In this document: in pieces, positions 1-11,754 of the stretch
Numbering within the stretch: the first letter of the stretch is position 1
How the letters are laid out: each line of letters opens with the position of its first letter
Assembly (NCBI RefSeq): GCF_011745625.1
Contig: NW_027191452.1
Location: 1 to 64,000, forward strand
Length of the DNA stretch: 64,000 nt
Reading direction: 5' to 3'
Source: Cladosporium halotolerans
Taxonomy: Eukaryota
Program-made: the position numbers and the translations under genes
The notes under the pieces: generated by a model
The model's database searches: none
What the model saw: the letters and a program-made list of their open reading frames with translations, nothing else
What the model was told of the DNA's origin: nothing

Positions 1-87
1 CTGCACATGACGCGACATGAATATGAACATAGATTTTTCCCACTGCACATGACATGAACATGGCAAAATTATTGGACATGACTGTCG
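1..87. repeat. Short-repeat-rich segment (CTGCACATGAC x2, ACATGA x5); possible DNA-transposon end
   Basis: CTGCACATGAC at 1-11 and 43-53; ATGAACAT at 23-30 and 54-61; abuts the NB-ARC frame near a TA dinucleotide (91-92). Confidence 0.4.
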
Positions 88-2383
88 GTGTACTCTCTGA
101 AGGCGAAGTACGATGCTATCTTCTGGCTACAAGCAGACACAGCACCTGGCCTCACGGACTCCTTCTCCCAAATGGCAACGTCTGTTGGAGTGTGTTATAG
201 CTCGGAGCCTCATCACTTGGTTGTATCCAAAGGACGACAATGGCTACAAGAGACCGGTAAGCGCACGTTTGATTTCTGGTTATCGCAGCCTATTGACTTC
301 TGCAGACAAGCGATGGCTGCTCGTTTTCGACAACGCCATGCGCTGGGATGATCTCACACGATACTTGCCGAACGCCTTCAACAAGACCAACGGCTCGATT
401 CTCATCACTACCCAGCACGAGAAGTTGCTTCCACAGTATTCTCACGTTAAGAAGGTCCGCATGGACCCACTGGACCAAGATCAAGGAGCGAAAATGCTAT
501 TACGATATCTTGGCCGAGACAAGCACGGCGATCCAGAATCGGATCTTGCAAAAGAGATCTCAGTCTTCGTCGGAGGTCTTCCTGTGGCTATTGCTCATGT
601 CGCTGGCTACGTCGGATACTCTGAATATAGCCTCGAGGAGCTCATCGAAACCTTCAGAGAATGGCGCAAAAGCACAGGTGTGGCCACTGATGAAGCAGAC
701 GATCTCCCGGCCACCTTTCGTGAAGCTTCTTTCAGTTACGAAGGCACGTTGGCAATGGTAAGAGAGGTCACCTTGCGCGAGCTTACCGAAGATGCCCGGA
801 ACGTCCTCAACATTGTCGCTTTTCTTAACTGCGCTTCCGTACCACTCAGCATGCTTTGGGGAATGCATGAAGATCCATCACTCTCATTTCTTGACAAACA
901 GCAAAAGATCAGGTATTGCAACCGTGCAAATTTCACCTCCGATAGACAAGTGCTGACTGGAGAATTTCGTAGGATGAGAAGAACGAATGATTCAATCGTC
1001 AAACGTAGACTTGTTGCCAAGTCCGACGGATGTTTTGTCATGCATCGCTCGTTGCAGCGAGGAATATGTGACAAGCTGTCTCGGGAAAAGGGACAGCAGC
1101 AGCAAGTCTTCGACTGGGCAGTGGCACTCGTGCGCGAAGTCTTCCCGCAAGGCAACGAGCTGCAACAGCCAACACCCGACAAGTGGGCGGAGTGCCAGAA
1201 GCTTCTGCCGCATCTTCACGCATTGCATGAGGTCTACCGCCGCTCGGAATCCCAGATCAAAGGCTCCACGGAATTTGCCCAGCTTCTCATCGATGCTGGA
1301 ATGGATCAGTTCGAGCAGGGTATCCAATATGAAGGTCTCACGCTCCTGTACACTGCTGAGAAGGCGCTCGACACATGTTCTGGCCCATCCGCGGAAGACC
1401 ACCCTGTCATGAAAGCGAGCATAAATGCTCTGATCGCCATCATGTATGATGACATTGGTATTGAAAAGCGACAGGAGGCTCTGGAGCGGAGAGAAACCGC
1501 ATTGAAAATTCGCAAACAGACATATGAACGATCCGCGAACAAGAGGAGAAATGATGAAATACTCGTCTTCAACTCGTGGATGGAGTACGCCATTTCACTG
1601 CTCCACTACCACCGCTTCGCAGAAGCTGAGCCTATCATCGAAAACTGCCTCGTCAAATTCCGACAATGGGACACAGAAGACAAGATTCCTTTCGAGTATG
1701 CGAAGTACTACAACAAGATTGCCCTGGTCCGCATGTACCAGGGCCGATTCGAGGAGGCCATCCGTTCGGCCACAAAGAGTGTCGACCTCATGATCAAGGC
1801 CGGATACGACGTCTTCATGACCCGCTTCAAGTTTGACCTTGCCTGCATCACTCTGCAAAGTGGTGACCTTGATGGGGCGCTCCAGCTACACGAAGACATC
1901 CATCAGCAGCGTATTGAGATTGTGGGGCCGGCTAACCAGTTATCTCTGCACAGCATGTTCGCGATGGGTGCCATCTGCGAGCTCAAAGGGCAGTTATTCG
2001 AGGCCGAGTAAGTTTTATGATCGTAGCACAACACTCCATCACCGACAAAGTGCTGACCTTGACCACACAGAAACTGGTTTCAGAAGGTACTGGACCAGGG
2101 ACGGAGTGTTGCTTCCTGGCCGGAGGAAGCTCTCTCACGCACCCAGTTCCACTTATCCAAGGTTCTGATGGCGCAAGGCAGACCAGAAGATACCGAAAAG
2201 GCGGACGCCCTTCGCGAGCGTGCAATGGCATCGCTTGATCGTCTGTTGAAGCTGGACCGTCCGCAAGAATTGGCAAACGTCACTGATGAGGCTATCCTGT
2301 TTGATCATTTGCTGCCAATATCACCTGGTGGTCCCCGGTTCACAGGTAGAGGGCTCTTGGAATGCTTCATGCGCAGATCGTAA
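88..2383 (+). CDS. NB-ARC + TPR protein (fungal NLR-like), 5'-incomplete or disrupted; introns 257-305, 913-972, 2008-2070
   Basis: YDAIFW, Walker B WLLVFDNA, GSILITT, GLPVAI (GLPL), VMHRSLQ (MHD-like), then TPR-like helices. Three GT-AG introns with branch sites join the ORF pieces in frame to TAA 2381-2383. Walker A is not in the window and the frame is closed by TGA at 79-81. Confidence 0.85.
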
Positions 2384-2512
2384 TTTGGCCGCCCAGACCT
2401 TCTCATCATAGAGCGCTCAATATCGAAAGGGAGTCCCTGATCTCCTACACAAATGTTCTTTTGTGCATGATACTTTGTTCCTTGATTAACAAGATCTCCC
2501 ACTTGATTCACA

Positions 2513-3913
2513 TCAGACATTGCTTGGTCGCCAACCACCCTCCTTCTCAAGCAAAGGCCCTACAGACTTGGCAGCATGCAGCAGATGTCTATCGGTGTAC
2601 CTGGGGCTCACAAGAGTAAGCCCGATAGGCATTCCATTCTCTCCTTGGAAACCAATCACGTTCAATGCCGGAACGTGTAGGATAGTCCACATCGAGCAGA
2701 AAGACTACGAGAGCTGTCAGCGCTATATCTCTCGATACAACAGGAAAGCCCTTACCATGTCACCCGTGTTCTCAAGCCCCTTCGGTGCCTCATCGACGAC
2801 GCTGGGGGTCACCACAAAATCATAACCAGCGGCGATCTGATCCCACATTGGGCGCAGTCGCGCACACTGATCATATGCCTCTAGTTGCTTTTTCCTTGAC
2901 AGCTGGGTCTTGTTCTCTACGTGGCCTTGAATGTCTCCGTGGAGCTGATCCTTGGCTGTCAAGTACTGTCCCAAGAACGACGTCCGACCTTCACCAGCCA
3001 GCACATGCCCATGCCATTCGAGGATCTGTGAAAACTCATCCGGCAAATGCAGATCTTCCACCACTGCCCCGTGAGCTTTCAGAAGATCTTGGGCTTGCTG
3101 GTAAGCCTTACGTGTTCCATTACCGGCTTTGGGCCAGTTGTGCGTCTGGCAGAACGCAACCCTCGCACCCTTAACATTGAATTCGCTCTGCCGAATCGGC
3201 TCATCATCTTCAATCCGGAAAACATCCGCAAGCAATTCTAGATCCTCCATCGAACGCGTGAAAAAGCCACACGTGTCAAGCGTCATACTCCACTGCGCCA
3301 ATCCTTCCCTAGAAATCGCTCCCCATGTCGGCTTAAATCCATACGTCCCGTTGAAGCTCGCGGGCCGTACAACACTTCCTCCAGTCTGCGTTCCCAGCGC
3401 CACGGGAATCTGGAAGTCTCCCACCGCCGAGCCGGAGCCGGAAGAACTGCCGCCTGGCGTGCGAGATGGGTCCTGGGCATTAGAAGTCAAGTTCTGATGC
3501 CAGCCGCCCTGCTTCGAAGTGGCGAACTCGGTCGTGCTCAACTTGCCGAATATCAAGGCTCCGGCTGCCCGCAGGGTCATCACGGGTGCCGCATCGGTGC
3601 CAATCGGTTGGTCGTTCTCAAAAATCCGCGAGTTGTACTGCGTGGGCATGTCTTTAGTCAAGATGACATCCTTGACACCTACGGGCAGGCCGTGAATCGG
3701 AGATCGCTGGTCTAGGGGCACGGCATCCAGGGCTCGGGCATTGGATAAGATGAGGTCTCGAGGAAGGCGAACCCAGGCCTTTGTTGTGCTGTCACGGGAG
3801 TCGATGCGAGACAGTAGAGATTGGGCGTATGCTTCGACCGTGAGCTTCTGGGTGCGGATCAGTTGGAGAGCTTCCGTCGCGGTGAGACGCCATGGTTCCG
3901 GGGTATTAGACAT
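2513..3913 (-). CDS. Amidase signature family protein; intron 2705-2755
   Basis: GLPVGVKD (catalytic Lys), TPGGSSSGSG, LGTQTGGSVVRPAS. Spliced last exon reads SFCSMWTILHVPAL...GMPIGLTLV to TGA. Confidence 0.92.
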
Positions 3914-4958
3914 CTTGTGTATTGATCTATGATCGTGGCGGAAACCAGAACTTTGGGCTATGTTGGAGGGACAGCGATGGTACGGTACGAAAGGAACAAT
4001 GCAAAGTTCAAGGTCTTGTGCGATGTTGGTTTTCGTGGACGCGAGAGACGGACTCGTTTCGTAAGCAAACACATGTGTACATTCTCAGCCGTAGCAATCG
4101 GTTGTCTTTGTAGCAGATGAAGATAGCATTACATAACCGAGGTCCCGACATCGGCAATCAAAATATGGGGATGACATCCTCCAGTCTTCTCCACCATTAC
4201 TGACAAGTGTTTGTGGAGGAAGACATCACGGCACTCGGCATGCTTTTGATGTCTAGTGTACACGAAGATGTGTCGTCAAAATAGACGCAATCGCGCTAGT
4301 TCGGGGTCTTCCTCAAATTGACGCGTCGCAGAGGTGTGCGAGAATAAGCATAAAGCTTTCCTAAATTGACTTCAGCAGTTCAGTATATTCATGGAGTAGA
4401 ACAAGAACGGATTCTCGTCTAGCGGGTAATGCGGTGATATGTATCAGCAGATTCAGCACCCTCCATAGACCGTGCGTACCAAGCCGAGCGGCGTGGATCT
4501 CCAGCCGCCTTGATGGTTGGTTGAACGAAGCTTAAACAGCTCAACGCGTACACGTGAGGAGATAATGAAGGATTTAAAGGATGGCGGGCGCGCCATGCAA
4601 GCGCTGGCATGTCAATATACAAGCATATAAGGCGAGCTCTCCAACATCTCCAGACTGGCTTTGCTGCAAGGTAATCTGGATCTCTTGGTACAGAAGCCCC
4701 TCCCGCATCATCGTGCAGGCGACACACGATCCAGCTCCCGCCACAGCCATCACTACATCCCTGCCTATCGGTACTCCCTTCCTGCGTCGAGCTTCGCAAA
4801 GAATCGAGTCGCGCCACCTCGACACCACCGACTCTCCCTCCACCCACACATGCTGAGCTTGCCTGTGGACGAGAGCCGATAGCGCGACGCGGACTGCCTC
4901 GGCCCGCACACCAGTGATCGGGAGAAGCAGGGCTGGCAGGGTCCAGCGATAAAAAAGA

Positions 4959-6718
4959 ATGGCTCCCTTGGTCGATGCGTCATGCGCTACCCGCGCCCTC
5001 GGCAGCCTGAAGAAACACTCGCTGCGATTGTCACGCGATAGCCTGCCCGGACGAGCCCTGTCGACTTCGTTAACCCGGACGCTGGTAGCTGGCCTACGAC
5101 CAACCCTCCCAATCACCTCTTCCACCATGAGCTTCTCCGGTCCCGTGGGCTCCCTGCCCATTCCCTCGTTCATCGCGAAGAAGCTTTTTAGCCAGGCGCC
5201 GCCTCGGACCAAGAGCTTGACGATCGACAACATCAACCCTCACGTCAAGGAAGCCAAATACGCTGTGCGTGGTGAGCTCGCAGTCCGGTCCGAGGAGTAT
5301 CGCGCTCAGCTTTCCGCCGGCAAGGGCCAGGACCTGCCCTTCGATCAAGTTATTTCCGCAAACATTGGCAACCCGCAGCAGCTCGACCAGAAGCCCATCA
5401 CCTTCTTCCGCCAGGTCCTCAGTATCTTGGAGAACCCGCAACTGCTGGAGAACGAGGATGTGTTGAAGGAGAGCTTGGGCTACAAGGAGGACGTCATTGA
5501 GCGCGCGAGGACACTGCTGAAGGATGTCAAGTCGGTCGGTGCATACTCCCAGTCCCAGGGTGCACCTGGTATCAGGAAGTCGGTCGCCAATTTCATCGAG
5601 AGGAGAGATGGCTACCCTGCGGACCCCGCCAACATTTACCTGTCTGGCGGTGCCAGCGCTGGTGTCAACGCCCTCATGACTGTCATTTGCGCTTCGCCCA
5701 ACACTGGTGTTCTGGTCCCCATCCCTCAGTACCCTCTTTACACCGCCACTCTCAGTCTGCTCAACGCCAAGTGCGTTCCTTACTATCTGAACGAGGAGGA
5801 CGCCTGGGGAACCGACGTCCCTGGCATTCGCGAGGCTCTTCACAAGGCTCAGAAGGAGGGCATCGACGTGCGTGCCGTTGCTGTTATCAACCCTGGCAAC
5901 CCCACCGGTTCCTCTCTGAAGGCCGAATCGATCCAGTCCGTGATCGAGCTGGCAGCTGAGGAGAACCTCGTTGTTCTCGCCGACGAGGTCTACCAGACCA
6001 ACGTCTTCGAGGGCAAGTTCACCAGCTTCAAGAAGGGCCTCCGCGACTTGCAGGCCAGCCCCAAGAACAAAGAGGGCAAGTTCGACAACGTCGAGCTCGC
6101 TTCGCTCCACAGTATCTCCAAGGGCATGGTCGGCGAGTGCGGTCACCGTGGTGGCTACTACGAGATGGTCGGCTTCGACCCTGCCGTAAGTGAAGTTTGA
6201 TCAAGTGCATCAACCCAAATACAGACTAACACCCCTCCCAGGTCGTCGAGCAAATCTACAAGTTCGTCAGCATCATGCTCTGCCCACCCGTCATCGGCCA
6301 GTGCATGGTCGAAGTGATGGTCAACCCGCCGCGCGAAGGCGACCCCTCATACGAGCTTTACAAGCAGGAATACGACGGCATCTACTCCGGCCTCTACAAC
6401 CGCGCGCACGCCCTCTACGACGCTTTCCAGAAGATGGAGGGCGTCTCGTGCGCCTCGCCCGCAGGCTCCATGTACCTCTTCCCGACCATCAAGCTGCCGG
6501 CCAAGGCCGTCGAGGCCGCGAAGAAGCAGGGCAAGAACGCCGACGACTTCTACTGCATGCGCCTGCTCGAGGCCACCGGCGTCTGCATTGTGCCCGGCAG
6601 CGGCTTCGGCCAGAAACCCGGCACACTGCACTTCCGCACCACGTTCCTGGCGCCCGGCACCGAGTGGGTCGGCAGGATCGAGAAGTTTCACAAGAAGTTT
6701 ATGAATGAGTTCCGCTAA
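4959..6718 (+). CDS. ALT1: Alanine aminotransferase (PLP class I); intron 6186-6241
   Basis: YAVRGE, NIGNPQQL, PQYPLY, INPGNPTG, ADEVYQ, SISKGMVGECGHRGG, VPGSGFGQ, HFRTT. Arg/Ser/Leu-rich N-terminus resembles a mitochondrial presequence. Confidence 0.95.
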
Positions 6719-7451
6719 GTTAGATGTACATGTTGCGGCGCGATGCCGTTATACCAACGAATGAGGAACTATTGGATCACGCTATCAATTGGAAGCGACG
6801 GTGTTTACGACGAAATTTTGGATTCGGAAGGGACATTTTGGAAGGAGCCTTGGCTTTTCGTGGTGTTTGTGCACACATTGGAGGTGCCTTGGAACATAAG
6901 ATGTTTTTGGACATATGCGGCACCTCCCTGGGAAAGGAACGATAGTCTAAGCTCAGTATCTTTGCTACATAGCGCTTTGTCAAAACAAAGCCATGCACGC
7001 GATGTGCATCGGCCTTTGCATGGAAGATTGGACAAACGAGCATCATATCTCGTTTCTCAAGCGATGATTTGCCTTGAAAGCTCACATGAAATTTTACATC
7101 GTTGGCAGACTGGAGGTGACGATTTCGCAGAATTCTTTTGAACATACTGAAACATTCCTGTATAAGCGCGTAGGTAAGGTATTTCCAAAATCAAGAGCAA
7201 ACAAACGCCGATGCATCCAATCCCCAAAGTCATGATCAACCATGATTTTTTTGCCAAGTCCATCTCTTCCAGTAGTCAATACATGGAACTGTCCAAATCC
7301 CCAATAATACAGAAAGGAAAAGTCGCGGTGTTTCGCAAGAGATTAAGCATTACACAAGCCAATCGAATCGTTCCTCGCAAAGCTACCAGAGCCTCTCTCG
7401 TTGTCCTCCAGTGTGCCTCTGCCAACCTCTTGCCTCCTGCTCTAGGCTCGC

Positions 7452-8918
7452 TTACAAGAGAGCGAAAGCGAACAGGGCGAGAGCGACTGCGCTTCCACCG
7501 ACGAAGCTGGTGGAGGCGGCGCCGTCGAAGGTGGACATAGTGTTGTTGTTGACAGACACGCCGGTGCTGGCGGCCGCAATGCCGCTGGTCATGTTGGCGA
7601 CGCCGGTGGTGGTAGGGTAGTAAGGCAGGTCGGAGGCGGAAGTGACTGCGTTGAGGACGGCGGGAGTGGTGGTGGTCGGGCGGATGGAGTTCTTCAGGAT
7701 CTCAGCTGCGGCGGTGGTAGCGGTGGTGGTGTTGGCCAGCGGGTTCTTGAAGATCTGGACGTCCGTCGGCACGGCCGCGTTGGCGAGGGCGCTGGTGGAG
7801 GCGGGAATGGTGGTGACGCTGGTCTGCTGCTGCTTGACAGCGGCGTGGGAGTGCGTGGAGCCGGTGCAGTCGCAGTCGGACTCCATGGACTTGCTGGCAG
7901 CCTTCACGGCAGGGGTGGAGTAGGGAGTAGCGGACCAGACAGAAGAGCTCTGCTTGGCGGCAGCGAGAGAGCTGGAAGAGCTGGAGACGTGGGAAAGGTA
8001 GCTCTGAGCGGCCTTGCCGAAAGACGGGTTGGAGGCAGAGATGGCGGGAAGGTTGCTGGAGATGAAGCTCTCGATGTCGGTGGACTGAGGAACACAGGCG
8101 GCAGCGGCGGTGGTGGAGGGCGTTTGCTTCTCGAACTCGGCCTTGCCGTAGCCTTGCTGGACATCACGGCGGTTGTAGGTAGCAGGTGCCTCGTTGTTGG
8201 CGAAATTAGGAGCACCGGTCGGCTCAGGGGGCTGAGAGTAGGTAGAAGCGACCTGGGCCTGCTGCTGCTCGGGCTGCTCGTAGGTGCTGGGGGTCTCCTG
8301 CTGCTGCTGTTGGGGCTGCTCGTAAGTCGCAGGGGCCTCCTGCTGTTGAACCTGAGGCTGCTCGTAGGTCTTAGGAGCCTCCTGTTGCTGGACTTCAGGC
8401 TGCTCGTAGGTCTTGGGAGCCTCTTGCTGCTGAACCTGAGGTTGCTCGTAGGTCTTGGGGGCCTCTTGCTGCTGAATTTGAGGTTGCTCGTAAGTCTTGG
8501 GGGCCTCCTGCTGCTGGACTTGAGGCTGCTCATAGGTGGCGGGAGCCTCGTTGTTCTGGGGAGTCGGGGTGGCGTAGGTCTCAGGCTGCTCATTCTTCTG
8601 AGCTACCGGGGTGGTGTAAGCCGGAGCCTCGTTGCGGGCAGTGGAGGGCACATCCTGGAGGACAGTCGAAGACGGGACATTGCGAGCAACAGAAGTGGTA
8701 GGGTCCTCCCAGTCGTACTCATCATCCTCCTCCAGAGGCCTGTTGTAAGTGAGGCTGTCGTCGATGGGCTCGCCAGTAGCCTCGGCAGAGTCCGAGTTGC
8801 CGCCAGGTCTGAGGCCGCTACCGAGACCAGCCAGGCCACCGAGGCCGCCGAGCTGGGGCTTCGGGGAGGCAGCGACCAGGGCCGTGAAGGCCAGAAGAGC
8901 AAGAGTCTTGTTAACCAT
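7452..8918 (-). CDS. Secreted, probably GPI-anchored, Gln/Pro/Tyr tandem-repeat cell-surface protein
   Basis: Signal peptide MVNKTLALLAFTALVAA, 14-aa repeats, Ser/Thr/Ala-rich tail, hydrophobic C-terminus (GAASTSFVGGSAVALALFAFALL). Confidence 0.85.
   Translation of the reverse strand: MVNKTLALLAFTALVAASPKPQLGGLGGLAGLGSGLRPGGNSDSAEATGEPIDDSLTYNRPLEEDDEYDWEDPTTSVARNVPSSTVLQDVPSTARNEAPAYTTPVAQKNEQPETYATPTPQNNEAPATYEQPQVQQQEAPKTYEQPQIQQQEAPKTYEQPQVQQQEAPKTYEQPEVQQQEAPKTYEQPQVQQQEAPATYEQPQQQQQETPSTYEQPEQQQAQVASTYSQPPEPTGAPNFANNEAPATYNRRDVQQGYGKAEFEKQTPSTTAAAACVPQSTDIESFISSNLPAISASNPSFGKAAQSYLSHVSSSSSSLAAAKQSSSVWSATPYSTPAVKAASKSMESDCDCTGSTHSHAAVKQQQTSVTTIPASTSALANAAVPTDVQIFKNPLANTTTATTAAAEILKNSIRPTTTTPAVLNAVTSASDLPYYPTTTGVANMTSGIAAASTGVSVNNNTMSTFDGAASTSFVGGSAVALALFAFALL
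8230..8640 (-). repeat. Coding 42-bp tandem repeat (EAPxTYEQPQVQQQ), about 7 close plus several degenerate copies
   Basis: Directly visible in the DNA and the translation. Confidence 0.9.
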
Positions 8919-10047
8919 TGTGAATGATGATCGCTGTTCGATAGAGACTGTAGTGCGACGCTAATTGACCTAAGTCGAGGGCAAAAGCGTGCGTTGGATG
9001 AAGGGTCTGGTGAAAGAGTGACTAGATGTGAATGTCAGAAACGAATGTCTTGGGGATGTGTGAGAATGAGATGAGATGGGAAATTGACGAGGAAGCAATG
9101 AGATGAGCCGGTACTTATCCCTCGACGGCCAGGACGCGGTATCACAACCTGCCTTACCTCCCAGGCGGTGGCAGCGTACTGGGAAATGGAGATCGCTGAC
9201 CGGTAGCAGGAGAGGAGAGACATACAACGGCCACCCAGCTCACTGCAGTCTACTCGGTGCCGTGTTAGAGTGCCTCAGGCTGCATCCCAGCCGACGTTGT
9301 CGCCCATGTCGCCCTATAGCAGCCAGCAAGTATAAGATGTCACCCGCTAGTAGCCTAGCGCGCCTATTTCTCGCAGCCCATATAGGAGAAAGGAGGCAGA
9401 CCCGTTGGAGACGTCGCCATAGTTGGCGTCTGGCTGAGACTGCCGTGGTCCTTGTGCTGCTCGCCGTCCAGCGGTCGACGTCCGGTCAGAGCAACACTGT
9501 AACTATGGTGATGTCGCGCGGTCGCCAGTTTCCACCATGCACGCTTCCTGATGCTAGAGCGTGCAAACACGTCTCTCATCTCCAAGTCATTTCAGGCACC
9601 TGTGAGCGGGCTGTCGTTGGCTCTCAGCCAACACGCTCTCAAGTCAGGCGCGACGCGAGCAATCTCTGCCCCTCTTGGACGTTGATGTCTTCAACGGTTA
9701 AACTCCACATATCGAACCGCACTTCATCAGAGTCTCCTTTCAAAACGCGCCCGAATGCCGCATGCCGTCAGCGTACGGGCGGGTTCTCGCGTTCGGCGCG
9801 TTACGAAAGCACGTGCTTTGGCTTATCGAGGAGTATGCGGCCGGGAGATGTGGTCAGAGAGGCGGCTCGCTGGGGTTGATGAGAAACAGGAGTGCTGAGT
9901 GGCTGGGGTCCAAGCTGGATCTGCGGCATCTGGACTTCAAGGCCCACTTTTCGCAGAGATGCTCTCTCTCTGATTTGATATCGTTACAAAATTTAAGTAT
10001 ATATACCGAAAGCTCGTCAGCATGCCTGTATGCGCGCGCGTGTGCTC

Positions 10048-11754
10048 TCACGTCTTGTAGAAGCAGAATGCATGATAGAACGCCGCCGCCTCCATCTCCT
10101 CCTCGCCGACCAAGCACCCGCCTCTAGGCGCGCTGCGGTCACGGCTACGGACGCCCATACGCTCAGCTAGCATGCCCAGCTCGCGATCCTCGCTTTCGTC
10201 TTCGTAGACCTCTCTGAATCCTTTGCGGTATAGCAGTTCGAGGCCGTACTCTTCAGCGAGAGCACGGAATGCTTCAAAAGGCACGATAAACTCGGGCGCG
10301 TCGACAGCTTCTTGCAGGTTGTAATGGTAACGCCAGCCAAAAGGTGGGCGAAAGATCCCATCGCGCGGCAGAGGCTTTGAGACCAAAGGCTGGTTGCGGG
10401 GAATGCGCACAGTGAAAAGGTCGTTGCCAAACTCCAGAGGCGGCAACGAACTCCCAGGAGTACCATTTGCAGGGTCCTCAGCGGGCGTCATATCTGATTT
10501 GATAGCGGGAACGGCGGGCGCGCCCTCTGTCGGAGCAGCTACCGGTTCTGACGGTTTTTCGGGGTCCCAATCATCATCGTCCTCTTCACCGTTACCGCTC
10601 GCAGCAGGTTGCGGCTCGCTAGGCTTCTCCGGGTCCCAGTCATCGTCGTCGCCTCCGGCACTGTTGGCAGCTGGCCGCGGCTCTGATGGCTTCTCGGGGT
10701 CCCAATCGTCTTCATCGTTGTCTTCTACCGAGCCATTGGCCTTGGGTGTTTTGCCAGGCGTTGCTTTGCCGTTCGGCGTCTTGCCTGGCGCCTCCTTTGC
10801 AAGTAAGCTTTTGACCCGGTCCGTGATTACATTTGAATCCGGCATGACACCGATGAATTTTCCGCCTTTCTTCAGTGCGCCAGACACGTTCCGCAGCATG
10901 CCTCTTGCCAACGCTTCGCTCTCGAAACTGTAGTGCAGGGCAAACATCATGCTGACCACATCAAATCCACCACTGAAGATCCTCCCCTGGATTACTTGCG
11001 GCCCAGGTCCCGCGTTCGGGTCGAAGCCAACTTGTTGTATGATAGGGATTTCTCCAAGCGACGTGCCGAATGTATCCCGCACGTAAAACTCTGCTTGCAT
11101 CGGTGCAGCCCTTCTGTGGCGGCCGTTGTTCCTCCTCATGTTCTCGTTATATCTCGAGCGGGCTTGGTCGATACTGACGTTCGCGATATCGCACCCGACG
11201 TAGAGCGACGGGGTCTGAGGAGCTTTTTCCCACTTGCCCAGGTCGCCTCCCTTTCCGCAAGCCATGTCTAGAACTGTCATGTGTTTCACAGGCATTTCAG
11301 GGCGAGAGAATTTCTGGATCAGTGTCGATTTGATCCAATTATTCAAGCTTCGAAGTCCCTTGATCTTACTCTCTGTGCTCCTCCATTCGCGACCACGCTC
11401 GGGAACCGCGTTGTAGTGTTCCGCGACCAACTCGACTCCCGAAGCCTGACGGGCGGCAAAGTCCTTGCGTTGCTTCTCCTCAACCTGTCGCTGCATTTGT
11501 CCGGCTTGCTCACGGCCTACAGTGGCCCTTGCACCAGGCCTCTTGAGCTTTCTTGGAGGAGATCGATCGCCGTCATCATCATCCTGAGGAGGCGCGTTCC
11601 GTGGTGGTGACCGACGAGCAAAAGCATTGGGTGTGCTGCTTCTGCTGACCTTGTTGGCTGCCGACCGCTGGGCAGGTGTCTCCCTCTTTCTCTTCACTGG
11701 CTGCCTCCGGTTGCCGTTATCCCAAGGGCGATCGTCAGGCTCTTGCGAAGCCAT
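10048..11754 (-). CDS. ABD1: mRNA cap guanine-N7 methyltransferase
   Basis: VAEHYN, LRSLNNWIKS, VLDMACGKGGDLGKW, FDVVSMMFALHYSFESE, PEFIVPF, YHAFCFYK. Confidence 0.95.
   Translation of the reverse strand: MASQEPDDRPWDNGNRRQPVKRKRETPAQRSAANKVSRSSTPNAFARRSPPRNAPPQDDDDGDRSPPRKLKRPGARATVGREQAGQMQRQVEEKQRKDFAARQASGVELVAEHYNAVPERGREWRSTESKIKGLRSLNNWIKSTLIQKFSRPEMPVKHMTVLDMACGKGGDLGKWEKAPQTPSLYVGCDIANVSIDQARSRYNENMRRNNGRHRRAAPMQAEFYVRDTFGTSLGEIPIIQQVGFDPNAGPGPQVIQGRIFSGGFDVVSMMFALHYSFESEALARGMLRNVSGALKKGGKFIGVMPDSNVITDRVKSLLAKEAPGKTPNGKATPGKTPKANGSVEDNDEDDWDPEKPSEPRPAANSAGGDDDDWDPEKPSEPQPAASGNGEEDDDDWDPEKPSEPVAAPTEGAPAVPAIKSDMTPAEDPANGTPGSSLPPLEFGNDLFTVRIPRNQPLVSKPLPRDGIFRPPFGWRYHYNLQEAVDAPEFIVPFEAFRALAEEYGLELLYRKGFREVYEDESEDRELGMLAERMGVRSRDRSAPRGGCLVGEEEMEAAAFYHAFCFYKT

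Noticed and set aside
5094..6146. Long antisense ORFs, e.g. 5094-6146, 7845-8927, 28792-29934, 34185-35129, 36287-37351, 60217-61197
   Set aside because: Shadows of GC3-biased genes on the opposite strand; no recognisable motifs.
8230..8640. Regular repeats as a possible CRISPR array
   Set aside because: In-frame coding tandem repeats without unique spacers, in a eukaryotic genome.
9103..9879. 258-aa ORF upstream of the repeat protein; similar ORFs at 30865-31731 and 59476-59943
   Set aside because: Arg/Ser/Cys-rich random-looking translations in probable promoter or intergenic DNA.
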